DNA of 64,000 nt, taken from positions 62,001 through 126,000 of the IMG/VR virus record IMGVR_UViG_3300044825_001403; one strand, given 5' to 3'. Made by a program: the position numbers and the translations under genes. The notes below the pieces were generated by a model, which saw only the letters and a list, made by a program, of their open reading frames with translations, made no database searches and was not told the DNA's origin. Source of the stretch: an uncultured virus (IMG/VR IMGVR_UViG_3300044825_001403) (lineage: Duplodnaviria > Heunggongvirae > Uroviricota > Caudoviricetes). Shown here piece by piece: positions 9,718-20,233 of the stretch (within the stretch, counting starts at the first letter, position 1; every line of letters starts with the position of its first letter).

Positions 9718-10529
9718 TGTTAGGTAATCATTTTTATAACGAGGCGATACGAAAAACGGTAGTCGGCTTCGGAACACTATTCAATAATATCGAAGTTCAA
9801 AGGAAAGATCCTCAGACTAAAGAAGTCATTGAGGTTCAGAAAGTTCCTCTTGCTTACGGACCAAAGGATAAGTTTATTGCTCGTATCGAGCAAAACATAG
9901 ATCCTACTCCAGGAGCACCATATGAGAATATGAGAATTCCTCGTATGTATTTTGAAATGAAAGGAATTAATTATGATGGATCAAGAAAAGTAAGTCCTAT
10001 TCAAAAATACAAAAATGTTATTGCAGACAATGGGAATGAAATAAGGGTGCAGTATGTTCCTGTTCCTTACAATGTTGATTTTGAACTTGGCGTTCTTGTC
10101 AAATCACAAGATGATGGGCTGCAGATTGTTGAGCAGATTCTACCATACTTTCAACCAAATTTCAACATCACTGTCAATTTTATTCCAGAAATGGATGAAA
10201 AGAAAGATGTTGCTATCGTAATGAATAGTGTTGATCTTGATGATGCTTGGGACGGTGAGTATGCCAGCCGAAGATCTATTATTTGGACTTTTCAGTTTAC
10301 TGCTAAGTCATACATTTATGGTCCCTTTAATCAGGCTGACATCATTCGTAAAGCTATTATTTACGAAACAGTTGGTGATCTTGATCAAGGAAAGCGTAAT
10401 GCTAGATTTACATATTCTCCGCAGGCATTACAAGATTATAATGAAGATGGTGTAATTAATCAAGCGGATGATCCGTTTGTAACTGCAGACGATGATTTTG
10501 GATTTAACGGAACTATTGATCTACTATGA
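9717..10529 (+). CDS. g15: tail sheath stabiliser/terminator gp15
   Basis: FYNEAIRKTVVGFGTLFNNI...VPLAYGPK...QIVEQILPYFQP. Confidence 0.93.
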   Translation: MLGNHFYNEAIRKTVVGFGTLFNNIEVQRKDPQTKEVIEVQKVPLAYGPKDKFIARIEQNIDPTPGAPYENMRIPRMYFEMKGINYDGSRKVSPIQKYKNVIADNGNEIRVQYVPVPYNVDFELGVLVKSQDDGLQIVEQILPYFQPNFNITVNFIPEMDEKKDVAIVMNSVDLDDAWDGEYASRRSIIWTFQFTAKSYIYGPFNQADIIRKAIIYETVGDLDQGKRNARFTYSPQALQDYNEDGVINQADDPFVTADDDFGFNGTIDLL

Positions 10530-10948
10530 ACGAGTTTGAAAAAAATATGGAACAAATATTTGATATTGAAGTTACAGCAGAAGAAACCGAGATTATTGAA
10601 GAGAAGCCAAAACCCCCAGCAAAGAAAGAAGACCCAGAAAAAGATTACGAATATACCAGGGGTCAACTATACGACCTCATAGAGAAGGGCCAGGAGGCCG
10701 TACAAGGGGCCTTAGAGGTTGCTCAGGAGTCAGGGCACCCTAGAGCGTTTGAAGTCGCTGTGAACGCTATGAAGCAGGTCTCAGACATGACTGATAAATT
10801 AATTGATCTTCAAAAGAAAATGAAGGATCTTGATGCCCCAGTTAAAGGCAAAGGACCTACTACTGTTAATAATACAATGTTTGTTGGCAGCACTGCTGAT
10901 CTTCAAAAAATGATTAAAGAAATGGGCAAGAATATGGCGGGAGAATAA
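10526..10948 (+). CDS. g16: terminase small subunit gp16
   Basis: DYEYTRGQLYDLIEKG...HPRAFEV...FVGSTADLQK. Confidence 0.93.
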   Translation: MNEFEKNMEQIFDIEVTAEETEIIEEKPKPPAKKEDPEKDYEYTRGQLYDLIEKGQEAVQGALEVAQESGHPRAFEVAVNAMKQVSDMTDKLIDLQKKMKDLDAPVKGKGPTTVNNTMFVGSTADLQKMIKEMGKNMAGE

Positions 10949-10971
10949 ATATAAAATAAACGGTAATTAAA

Positions 10972-11250
10972 ATGAGATTCAAAATTCTCGATGAAGCGGT
11001 AACGCTAACAACAACCCCAAATGATATTGGTAAAGCAACCGACGTTTACCTATACAATAGTCATTCAGAACTATCTGGTGAAGCTTCTACCAGAACTATT
11101 TCTTTATATGAAGCTGATGGCACAACTGTTGTAGGAAGTTTTGCTTTGACGGTTGGTATTCCTGTCATCATTAATAAAGATGCTGAGCAAAAACTCAAAG
11201 TAGATGGCGATAACAACGTCACTGCTACAAAAGTCGCTTACCTAGGATAA
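10972..11250 (+). CDS. hypothetical protein
   Basis: 92-aa ORF after TAAATA, translationally coupled to the next gene. Confidence 0.65.
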   Translation: MRFKILDEAVTLTTTPNDIGKATDVYLYNSHSELSGEASTRTISLYEADGTTVVGSFALTVGIPVIINKDAEQKLKVDGDNNVTATKVAYLG

Positions 11251-12641
11251 TGGCACAGTATAGCAAACACTACGAAGATTTCCTACCACAGGAGAAAACA
11301 AACTTTGAGGTAGTCATGATTGCCGATAACTTCGGTAATCTCACTGCTGGTACAGGTGCCACTGCGGTTGATGCTTTCGGTCGTTTGAGAGTTGCTGAAA
11401 CATTCACTCTCGGTGATTACAAACATCTCTATGCTATTGATCCAAATTTTATTGATTTAAAAGAAAACGGTGGTGATATTCAATTTGCTGCCAATAAAGC
11501 AGCTGCCACGATGACTACAACATCTAATGTTGCTTCTCGTGCTTTACATCAAACAAAGTTCTATCACCATTACCAGCCAGGTAAATCTCAAGTTATCTTT
11601 AGTTCAGTATGCTTTGGTTACGCCCAGCAGAATGTAACCAAAAGAACTGGATACTTTGATGACAGAGATGGCATTTACTTTGAGCAAGTTGGAAATGGAA
11701 CTTCTAACGGTACAACCAATGGCACACTCAATTTTGTAGTTCGTTCATATGTTAGTGGTAGTGCTAGTGAAACAACGGTAGGAAACTACAAGAGAAGAGT
11801 TCCTCAATCAGAATGGAATATCGATCCTTGTGATGGAACTGGTCCTTCCAAATTTAACATCGATACTTCAAAAACACAACTAGTTTATATTGACTTTCAA
11901 TGGCTTGGAGTTGGTAGAATTCGATGTGGATTTGTACACAACGGACAAATTATTTTAGCACATGAATACTACTGCTCTAACGAACTAGCAGAAGTTTATA
12001 TGTCAAATCCTAATCTCCCAGTAAGATGCGAGATTAAAAATACTGGCACAACTACTGGTGGATCTATGAATCAGATTTGCTCTACGGTAATGTCGGAAGG
12101 TGGATATGTTGAGAGTGGTATTGACTGGGCAGTTACTTCTCCAGCAACTAGAACGAGTATTGCTCCTGGAGGAACTAGATTTCCTTTGCTGGCAATCCGT
12201 CTCAAAAACGATTTCAAAGGTTATCCAAATAGAATTAGTGTAAGACCAAATACGATTGGAATTTTTGCTCAATCTGGCGATTGCTATTATGAATTAATCA
12301 AACTATCAAATGCCAGTCAATTAACCACATCTTTAAATGGTGGCACTTTGACTTGGACAGATGCTGATGATGATAGTGGTGTTCAATATTGTGTAAATGC
12401 CGAAGCAATTACTGGAAGTGTTGATGTATTTGCTGCTGGTATTGTAACTGCTGGGGCATCGCCAAACTCACTTACTCCAGTAGCATCTGGTGGTCTAACG
12501 ACGGCGAAGAAAAATATTATTGTTCAGAATTTAGATTCAACAAATTCTGAAGTGTTTGTTATTGCTGTAAAAACTATTAGTGCTGCTAGTAATGCTACTG
12601 CTAATGTTGCCGCTACTATTCAATGGAGGGAGATTTACTAA
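11250..12641 (+). CDS. hypothetical beta-rich protein, probably virion-associated
   Basis: 463 aa; DAFGRLRV...YQPGKSQ...IDFQWLGVGRIRCGF; lies in the g16-g17 variable interval. Confidence 0.6.
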   Translation: MAQYSKHYEDFLPQEKTNFEVVMIADNFGNLTAGTGATAVDAFGRLRVAETFTLGDYKHLYAIDPNFIDLKENGGDIQFAANKAAATMTTTSNVASRALHQTKFYHHYQPGKSQVIFSSVCFGYAQQNVTKRTGYFDDRDGIYFEQVGNGTSNGTTNGTLNFVVRSYVSGSASETTVGNYKRRVPQSEWNIDPCDGTGPSKFNIDTSKTQLVYIDFQWLGVGRIRCGFVHNGQIILAHEYYCSNELAEVYMSNPNLPVRCEIKNTGTTTGGSMNQICSTVMSEGGYVESGIDWAVTSPATRTSIAPGGTRFPLLAIRLKNDFKGYPNRISVRPNTIGIFAQSGDCYYELIKLSNASQLTTSLNGGTLTWTDADDDSGVQYCVNAEAITGSVDVFAAGIVTAGASPNSLTPVASGGLTTAKKNIIVQNLDSTNSEVFVIAVKTISAASNATANVAATIQWREIY

Positions 12642-13387
12642 TGAAAAAGAAAGTTCCCACCGAAAAAGAAATTGCTCGTAAGCATGGTGTGCCTGTTGAA
12701 AAAATTATCAAACAGGCAGAAGTTGGTTCGACCGTAGAGCGAGAGCATGTTACTACACATGAAGAAGCATATGGTATTGCCCTTCAACATTTAGATGAAT
12801 TTCCAGACTACTACACTCATTTACTCAAAATGGAAAAAGAATTAAAAGCAAAACACAAAAAGAAAAAATCATACAAAGAAATCAAAGAATCTCTTGGTAT
12901 GGTAGAGAACCATATCGATGTTGCTATGGGCAGAGAACTTGATGATGAAGGAGCAATGATTCTCAATCAACTTGATGAAATTGAAATGTGTTGTCAACAC
13001 TTAAGAAAAACAATCACAGGAATGAATATGCAAGTTCCTGGCTGGGTACAAGCAAAGGTCACTCTTGCTGCTGATTATATTGATACTGCTGCTTCTTACA
13101 TGGACAACAAGAATGAAGAAACCGAAAAAAAGTCGATAGGCGAGTCTACATGGACTCGCAAAGCAGGACAAAATAAAAATGGTGGTCTAAACGAAAAGGG
13201 ACGCAAATCTTACGAAAGGGAAAATCCTGGCAGTGATTTGAAAGCTCCATCAAAAGAAGTTGGAAATCCTCGTAGAGCATCTTTCTGTGCCAGAATGCGG
13301 GGGTTAAAGAAAAAATTAACTTCAAAGAAAACTGCCAACGATCCAGATAGCAGAATCAATAAATCTCTTCGTGCTTGGAATTGCTAA
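12641..13387 (+). CDS. modular charged late protein with a basic C-terminal domain (WTRKAGQNKNGGLNEKGRKSY...RRASFCARM...SLRAWNC)
   Basis: 248 aa from the ATG overlapping the previous stop; contains an internal A_AAA_AAG plus hairpin (see findings). Confidence 0.7.
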   Translation: MKKKVPTEKEIARKHGVPVEKIIKQAEVGSTVEREHVTTHEEAYGIALQHLDEFPDYYTHLLKMEKELKAKHKKKKSYKEIKESLGMVENHIDVAMGRELDDEGAMILNQLDEIEMCCQHLRKTITGMNMQVPGWVQAKVTLAADYIDTAASYMDNKNEETEKKSIGESTWTRKAGQNKNGGLNEKGRKSYERENPGSDLKAPSKEVGNPRRASFCARMRGLKKKLTSKKTANDPDSRINKSLRAWNC

Positions 13388-13463
13388 CATAATATTGGTA
13401 ATATTTGTTACACCGTAAACACTGTATTCTAAATATAATATTAACAGTCTAAAGGTGAGAATT

Positions 13464-13700
13464 ATGGATACTAAAACCTGTCCCAAGTGTGGGGCACAGT
13501 GGATCGGCGGGCAGCATTTCTGGACTGGTACAAACAAGAAAGGTGATGAAACAGAGTTAGCATCTCTTGTTTGTGATAAGTTCGGGAATGATACATGTAT
13601 TAATCCTTGCAAAGGAACTACCGATGGTAAAGGGTGGGAAAATAGATTAAATAATATGGATGCTATTGATAAAGATATACAGAGGACTTTGAATGAGTAG
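13464..13700 (+). CDS. small Cys-rich hypothetical protein
   Basis: CPKCGA.W...C...CINPC; overlaps the g17 start. Confidence 0.65.
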   Translation: MDTKTCPKCGAQWIGGQHFWTGTNKKGDETELASLVCDKFGNDTCINPCKGTTDGKGWENRLNNMDAIDKDIQRTLNE

Positions 13701-15339
13701 TGATCAGATTTATTTGGGCAACCCGCTGCTAAAAAAAGCGAACGTTGCCCACAATTGGACAAAGGATGAAATTAAAGAATATATTAAGTGTAAGGAAGAT
13801 CCTGTATACTTTGCGGTAAACTACGTCAAAATTGTTTCGGTTGACGAAGGTTTGATTCCTTTCAGAATGTATGACTTCCAGAAAGAATTAGTTAATCGAT
13901 TCCACAACAATAGATTTAATATTGCCAAGCTTCCAAGACAGACAGGGAAATCAACCGTTGTGGTTTCCTATCTGCTTCACTATGCTTTGTTCAATGATAG
14001 TTCTAATATTGGTATTCTAGCAAACAAAGCGTCTACTGCTAGAGACCTATTGGGAAGATTGCAGACAGCATACGAGAATCTTCCTAAGTGGTTGCAACAG
14101 GGTGTTATCTCCTGGAACAAAGGTTCTATGGAACTAGAGAATGGTTCCAAGATCATGGCGGCGTCAACCTCAGCATCTGCCGTCCGAGGAATGTCATTCA
14201 ACATTATCTTCTTGGACGAATTTGCGTTCGTTCCAAATCACATTGCTGACGACTTCTTCTCGTCTGTATATCCTACCATTTCATCTGGTAAGAGCACGAA
14301 GGTTATCATCATCTCTACCCCGTATGGTATGAACCACTTCTACAAGTTGTGGGTAGATGCTCAAAACAAACGAAACAATTATATTTGGACAGAGGTTCAC
14401 TGGTCTGAAGTTCCTGGTCGTGATGCTAAGTGGAAAGAAGAAACAATCAAGAACACTTCAGAACGTCAATTCACTCAGGAATTTGAGTGCGAATTCTTAG
14501 GATCGGTTGACACTCTTATTTCTGCATCTAAACTTAGATCACTTGTTTTTGATACTCCAATCAGTTCAAACAAAGGTTTAGATGTTTATGAAAAACCAAA
14601 CGAAAAATCAGAATACATTATTACTGCCGACGTTAGTAGAGGTATAGGCGGTGATTATTCAGCGTTTATTGTTTTCGATATCACAACTGTTCCTTATAAG
14701 ATCGTAGCAAAATATAGGAACAACGAGATCAAACCGATGCTTTTCCCCAACGTTATTAATGACGTTGCTAGGGCATACAATAATGCTTATGTATTGTGTG
14801 AAGTGAACGACGTTGGTGATCAGGTAGCATCTATTCTTAACTACGATCTAGAGTATCCGAACGTATTGATGTGTTCTATGCGAGGTAGGGCAGGTCAAAT
14901 TGTTGGACAAGGATTCTCTGGAAATAAAACTCAGCTTGGATTGAAGATGTCCATTACTGTGAAGAAGGTTGGATGTGCCAATTTAAAACAGATGATCGAG
15001 GACGACAAGCTGTTGTTTAGAGATTACGAAATCATCTCTGAGCTTACCACATTTATTCAGAAAAAGCAATCTTTTGAGGCTGATGATGGATTTCATGATG
15101 ACCTTGTAATGTGTCTCGTTATCTTTGCCTGGCTTGCTGTTCAGGATTACTTTAAGGAAATGACGGACAATGATGTTCGTAAAAGAATCTACGAAGAGCA
15201 GAAAAATCAAATCGAACAAGACATGGCTCCATTTGGTTTTATCACAACAGGGTTAGAGGGTGATGAAGGTTTTGTTGAAGATGGAGTTCTTTGGTATGGG
15301 GATACACAAGAAGACATATCATATATGTGGAACCTTTAA
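13693..15339 (+). CDS. g17: terminase large subunit gp17
   Basis: Walker A PRQTGKST, Walker B IIFLDEFAF, ISTPYG, nuclease motifs ADVSRG and HDDLVM. Confidence 0.97.
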   Translation: MSSDQIYLGNPLLKKANVAHNWTKDEIKEYIKCKEDPVYFAVNYVKIVSVDEGLIPFRMYDFQKELVNRFHNNRFNIAKLPRQTGKSTVVVSYLLHYALFNDSSNIGILANKASTARDLLGRLQTAYENLPKWLQQGVISWNKGSMELENGSKIMAASTSASAVRGMSFNIIFLDEFAFVPNHIADDFFSSVYPTISSGKSTKVIIISTPYGMNHFYKLWVDAQNKRNNYIWTEVHWSEVPGRDAKWKEETIKNTSERQFTQEFECEFLGSVDTLISASKLRSLVFDTPISSNKGLDVYEKPNEKSEYIITADVSRGIGGDYSAFIVFDITTVPYKIVAKYRNNEIKPMLFPNVINDVARAYNNAYVLCEVNDVGDQVASILNYDLEYPNVLMCSMRGRAGQIVGQGFSGNKTQLGLKMSITVKKVGCANLKQMIEDDKLLFRDYEIISELTTFIQKKQSFEADDGFHDDLVMCLVIFAWLAVQDYFKEMTDNDVRKRIYEEQKNQIEQDMAPFGFITTGLEGDEGFVEDGVLWYGDTQEDISYMWNL

Positions 15340-15569
15340 TGGATATAGAAGATCAATTTTTGCTGGACCATCTTTTGTTTAGAGAAAGACGTTGTAGGTC
15401 TTGTGGAAAAGTAAAGGATCTTTTATCTGAATTTTATTTGACTAGAAAAGATAGAGCAACTGCAGCTTCTGCATATTCATATGAGTGTAAAAGTTGCACA
15501 ATGCAAAGAATAAAAAAATCTAGAGGCAAAAAAAATTTGAAATCATTGTGGGAATATCCTGACTGGTAG
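15339..15569 (+). CDS. small zinc-finger protein (CxxC...CxxC)
   Basis: RRCRSCGKVK...YSYECKSC...WEYPDW; ATG overlaps the g17 stop. Confidence 0.7.
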   Translation: MDIEDQFLLDHLLFRERRCRSCGKVKDLLSEFYLTRKDRATAASAYSYECKSCTMQRIKKSRGKKNLKSLWEYPDW

Positions 15570-15655
15570 ACTGTTCACGCATTGTTTCCCCATTCAAAAG
15601 ATACGAAATCATAAATAATTTTAGATTTAATCTGGATCACCAAGAGGATATTAAA

Positions 15656-17623
15656 ATGTCAAGTCAAGTCTCTCCTGGAATTGTTCTCAAAGAGCGTGAC
15701 CTATCTAATGTTGTGGTAACTAATGCATTGCAAATTACCGCTGCCTTTGCTTCTACATTTAAGAAAGGACCTATCAATCAAATTGTAAACATCAGCACTC
15801 AGAAAGAATTTGTTGATGTTTTTGGAAAGCCATCTGATGCTAATGCAGATGATTGGTTTGTTGCATCAGAATTTTTAAACTACGGTGGTAGACTAGCCGT
15901 TGTTCGTGCATCTTCTGGCGTTCTTAATGCTACTGCTGATGGCTCTGCCGTGCTAGTTAAAAACCAATTAGATTGGGAAGCTGGCACTGGATCATCAGAA
16001 AGATTTGTAGCTCGTACTGCTGGAACCTGGGGCAACTCACTCAAAGTAGTTGTTGTTGACAGAGGTGCTGATCAAATTATTACTTTAGCTGAAGTTCCTG
16101 ATACTGTTCCTTCGGCTGGTTCCAATGTCACTTTCAATGTTGGTGCTGGAACCAAAACCGCTGAGGTTGTATCTTGGGATGGCACCACTAAGAAGCTTGT
16201 TGTTGTATTAGATGATCCTACCACTTTAATTACTACAGCAAACACTCTTGAAGATGGTGCAAGTGATGTTGCTATTACTGCTGTAACTGATTGGTATCTA
16301 AACACAGAAATCGGCACCACTGGTATCGCTCTTTCTGCAGTTGGTCCTCGTCCTGGCACTTCTGAGTTTGCTGCTGCAAGAGGAATCAAGTATGACGAAG
16401 TACACGTTGCAGTAATTGATACGACTGGAGAAATCTCTGGTTCACCTAACACAATTCTAGAAAGACTAACTTATCTTTCAAAATTATCTGATGCAAGAAG
16501 TTCTGAAGGTGCAGTATCTTACTATAAGGATGTAGTTAATCTACAGTCTTCATACATCTATTCGGGAACTGCTCCAACCGCATCAATCAATCCTAGCACA
16601 ACTGGTGCAGGTGAAGCTTGGGGTCAAGTATCCACAGCTTTAACTTCTGGTGATCTATTTGCTCTTTGTGCATTATCAGAATCTTCGCTCAGCGGTGGAA
16701 CTGATGACTATGCTTACTCAGAAGCAGAAATTGGTGATGCATACGATCTATTCTTAGATACCGAAGAGGCTTCAATTGACTTCGTACTCATGGGTGGTTC
16801 ACTCTCAACTGAGAATGCTACTCTATCGAAGGCAAACAAAGTTATTCAAATTGCAACTTCAAGAAAGGATTGCCTAGCATTTGTTTCTCCTCACAAAGGA
16901 AATCAAATCGGTACTAGCGGTGCTTACACTGCTACTCAACAAAGAGATAACACGGTTGCATTCTTCCGTGGTTTAACTTCAACTTCTTATGCTGTATTTG
17001 ATAGCGGTTATAAGTATTACTACGACCGCTTCAATGATAAGTATCGTTACTTAGCTTGCAACGGAGACGTAGCAGGTTTATGTGTTGCTACTTCAGCATC
17101 TCTAGATGACTGGTTCTCGCCTGCTGGTGTCAACCGTGGTTCTCTAAGAAATGCTATCAAACTAGCATACAATCCAAACAAAGCTGATAGAGACCTTCTA
17201 TATCAAAACAGAATCAATCCTATTGTTTCTTTCCCTGGATCTGGTATTACTCTATTCGGTGACAAAACTGCCCTTGCTTCTCCAAGTGCATTCGACAGAA
17301 TTAACGTTCGTCGTTTATTCCTCAATATCGAGAAGCGTGTAGAGCAACTAGCCAAGCAAGTTCTGTTTGAGCAGAACGATGAAGTTACCAGAGCTTCATT
17401 TGCTGGTGCAGTGAATTCATACCTCAACGAAGTTCAAGCTCGTAGAGGTCTTACTGATTACCTTGTGGTATGTGATGTATCAAATAACACTCCAGATGTT
17501 ATTGACAGAAATGAATTTGTAGCTGAACTATTCATTAAACCAACCCGCTCAATTAACTATGTTACCGTAACATTTACTGCAACGAAGACTGGAGTTTCGT
17601 TCAGTGAAGTAGTGGGACGATAA
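15656..17623 (+). CDS. g18: tail sheath protein gp18
   Basis: SPGIVLKERDL...WFSPAG.NRG...INPIVSFPG...FDRINVRRLF. Confidence 0.97.
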   Translation: MSSQVSPGIVLKERDLSNVVVTNALQITAAFASTFKKGPINQIVNISTQKEFVDVFGKPSDANADDWFVASEFLNYGGRLAVVRASSGVLNATADGSAVLVKNQLDWEAGTGSSERFVARTAGTWGNSLKVVVVDRGADQIITLAEVPDTVPSAGSNVTFNVGAGTKTAEVVSWDGTTKKLVVVLDDPTTLITTANTLEDGASDVAITAVTDWYLNTEIGTTGIALSAVGPRPGTSEFAAARGIKYDEVHVAVIDTTGEISGSPNTILERLTYLSKLSDARSSEGAVSYYKDVVNLQSSYIYSGTAPTASINPSTTGAGEAWGQVSTALTSGDLFALCALSESSLSGGTDDYAYSEAEIGDAYDLFLDTEEASIDFVLMGGSLSTENATLSKANKVIQIATSRKDCLAFVSPHKGNQIGTSGAYTATQQRDNTVAFFRGLTSTSYAVFDSGYKYYYDRFNDKYRYLACNGDVAGLCVATSASLDDWFSPAGVNRGSLRNAIKLAYNPNKADRDLLYQNRINPIVSFPGSGITLFGDKTALASPSAFDRINVRRLFLNIEKRVEQLAKQVLFEQNDEVTRASFAGAVNSYLNEVQARRGLTDYLVVCDVSNNTPDVIDRNEFVAELFIKPTRSINYVTVTFTATKTGVSFSEVVGR

Positions 17624-17655
17624 TTATATACCAAAAATCATCGAGGTAAACAACA

Positions 17656-18309
17656 ATGGCGTATACAAGTAAACTCAGCGATTTCATTAGTAAGGTAGGA
17701 CAAGGCGTAAAGCCTAACATGTTCCTAGTTGATCTTCAGTTTCCATCAGGATCTATCGGTGCTGGTGGAACTGGAACTGGTACTGTAACTGCAGACGAAA
17801 AAGAACTTACCAATTTAATGTGTAAGTCTGCTGCACTTCCAGCATCAAACCTAGGAGTTATCGAAGTTCCTTTCCGTGGTCGTACAGTAAAAATTGCTGG
17901 CGACAGAACTTTCGATACCTGGAGCCCAACATTCATCAATGATAAGGACTTCAAGGTTCGTGCAATCATGGAGCAGTGGTCAGAAGCGATCAATGGTCAT
18001 GCTGGTAACACGGCTGATCTTCTTACTCCTTCTGCTGCAGATGCAAATGGTTACACAGCACACCTTCTAGTTCACCAACTAGAGAAAGCTCCAACTCCAG
18101 ATGCAAATGGCATTGGTGGTAATATTCTCAGAACTTACAAGCTCTGGTATGCATTCCCAACCAATATTTCTCAGATTGATCTTGCTTATGATAGCAATGA
18201 CCAAATTGAAGAGTTCTCAGTTGAGTTCCAGTATTCATACTGGACTACAGAAACTCCAAGCAACGCAAGACAAAACGCATCAAATCGTCAAATTAACGCT
18301 GACGTTTGA
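17656..18309 (+). CDS. g19: tail tube protein gp19
   Basis: CKSAALPASNLGVIEVPFRGRTVKIAGDRTF...FPTNISQIDL...IEEFSVEFQY. Confidence 0.95.
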   Translation: MAYTSKLSDFISKVGQGVKPNMFLVDLQFPSGSIGAGGTGTGTVTADEKELTNLMCKSAALPASNLGVIEVPFRGRTVKIAGDRTFDTWSPTFINDKDFKVRAIMEQWSEAINGHAGNTADLLTPSAADANGYTAHLLVHQLEKAPTPDANGIGGNILRTYKLWYAFPTNISQIDLAYDSNDQIEEFSVEFQYSYWTTETPSNARQNASNRQINADV

Positions 18310-18343
18310 TAACTAAATAGAGTATCGAATTAAATAATTTAAT

Positions 18344-20032
18344 ATGAGTCAACTGTTTGGTTTTAAAATCAACAAAAAGGAGGGATTGAAAGGTCAGTCC
18401 CCAATCCCTCCTAATCAAGAAGATGCGGTAGCCACTGTAGCAGGTGGCTATTTTGGCACGTATGTTGACGTTGAAGGCATATCAAGAAACGAATACGAAC
18501 TCATTCAACGATATCGTAGCATGGCACTTCACCCTGAGTGTGATACTGCTATTGACGAGATCGTGAATGAGTTTGTTGTTTCTGACGCCGACGATGCTCC
18601 AGTAGAAATTGAGTTATCTAATTTAGACTTAGCTGATAATATCAAAGCAAAAATTAGAAAAGAATTTTCTACAATTCTTAGAATGCTTAAGTTTGATAAG
18701 CACTGTCATCAAATTATTCGCAATTGGTACATTGATGGTAGATTACATTACCATAAAGTGGTTGATTTAGATAATCCAAAAAAAGGCATCTTAGAGTTAA
18801 GATATATTGATGCCTTAAAGATTAAAAAAGTTAGACAAAAATTTCCTAAGACAGAAGCAGATAGACATATTGAAAGAGGATCTGCTTTAGAGTTTGACTG
18901 GGGGGATTACATTGAGTATTATCTTTACAACCCACAGGGATTTGGTGTAGCAAATGTTCCTACCACAACAGGTTCATTTAACTATGCTAATACACAAGGA
19001 ATTAAAATTGCAGCAGACTCAATTGCTTATTGCGATTCTGGTTTGAAGGATACTAATAAAAAGATGACTATTAGTTTTCTTCATAAAGCAATTAAGTCTC
19101 TCAACCAACTTAGAATGATTGAGGATTCTCTGGTTATCTATAGATTATCAAGAGCACCAGAAAGAAGAATCTTCTATATTGATGTTGGCAATCTCCCTAA
19201 AGTAAAAGCTGAACAATATCTCCGTGACGTAATGACACGTTACAGAAATAAACTTGTTTATGATTCTGCTACTGGAGAAATTCGTGATGATAAAAAGCAT
19301 ATGAGTATGCTTGAAGACTTCTGGCTACCTCGTCGTGAAGGTGGTAGAGGAACTGAAATTTCTACACTTCCTGGTGGACAGAATCTAGGAGAACTCAAAG
19401 ACGTAGAATATTTCAAAAAGAAACTTTACAATTCACTTAACCTTCCTCCATCAAGATTAACTGACGATAACAAAGCTTTCAATCTTGGCAAGACAACTGA
19501 AATTCTTAGAGACGAACTTAAATTTGCTAAGTTTATTGGTCGTCTCCGCAAGAGATTTAGCGAATTATTCCATGATATTCTCAAGACTCAATTAATTCTC
19601 AAAGGTATTATTACCCCAGAAGATTGGGAGGATATGGAAGAGCATATTCAATATGACTTCCTATTTGATAATCACTTTAATGAGTTAAAGCAAGTTGAGC
19701 TTATGAAGGAGCGTATCCAACTTATTACTCAAATGGATCCGTTTGTTGGTAAATATTTCTCCACAGAATATCTTCGTCGCCAAATTCTTATGCAAACTGA
19801 AAAAGAATTTAAAGAAATGGATCGTCAGATGAAAAAAGATATTAAATCTGGGGTTGCAATTTCTGCATCTGATTCAATGGCATTGGATACTATGGCAAGA
19901 CAAAATGATGCATTTGCCCCAGAAATTCAGGATGCTCAAGCAGATGCTGATGCTCAAAGATCTCTAGAAGCAGAAAAAGAGAAGGCAAAACTTGCTCCAA
20001 AACCTTCTTCAAATAGTGGTTCTACTAAATAA
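18344..20032 (+). CDS. g20: portal protein gp20
   Basis: YRLSRAPERRIFYIDVGNLPK.KAEQYL...EDFWLPRREGGRGTEI. Confidence 0.97.
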   Translation: MSQLFGFKINKKEGLKGQSPIPPNQEDAVATVAGGYFGTYVDVEGISRNEYELIQRYRSMALHPECDTAIDEIVNEFVVSDADDAPVEIELSNLDLADNIKAKIRKEFSTILRMLKFDKHCHQIIRNWYIDGRLHYHKVVDLDNPKKGILELRYIDALKIKKVRQKFPKTEADRHIERGSALEFDWGDYIEYYLYNPQGFGVANVPTTTGSFNYANTQGIKIAADSIAYCDSGLKDTNKKMTISFLHKAIKSLNQLRMIEDSLVIYRLSRAPERRIFYIDVGNLPKVKAEQYLRDVMTRYRNKLVYDSATGEIRDDKKHMSMLEDFWLPRREGGRGTEISTLPGGQNLGELKDVEYFKKKLYNSLNLPPSRLTDDNKAFNLGKTTEILRDELKFAKFIGRLRKRFSELFHDILKTQLILKGIITPEDWEDMEEHIQYDFLFDNHFNELKQVELMKERIQLITQMDPFVGKYFSTEYLRRQILMQTEKEFKEMDRQMKKDIKSGVAISASDSMALDTMARQNDAFAPEIQDAQADADAQRSLEAEKEKAKLAPKPSSNSGSTK

Positions 20033-20056
20033 GATTATAAATTAGGTTATATTTAT

Positions 20057-20233
20057 ATGTCTAATACTTTGAATATTGTAAGTGCAATTGCCGATAAAAA
20101 CAAATCGGATGCTTTGGATATGGTTCATGATTTGATGAAAACATCTGCAGCAGAAGCTTTGGGTATGTACAAAAAATCCGTTGCTTCTACTTATTTTGAT
20201 GAACCAGTAGAACCACTAGAGACAGAAGAATGA
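20057..20233 (+). CDS. small prohead core protein candidate (gp67/gp68 position)
   Basis: 58-aa ORF MSNTLNIVSAIADKNKSDALDMV...EPLETEE read by hand; between g20 and g21, stop overlaps the g21 ATG. Confidence 0.65.
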   Translation: MSNTLNIVSAIADKNKSDALDMVHDLMKTSAAEALGMYKKSVASTYFDEPVEPLETEE

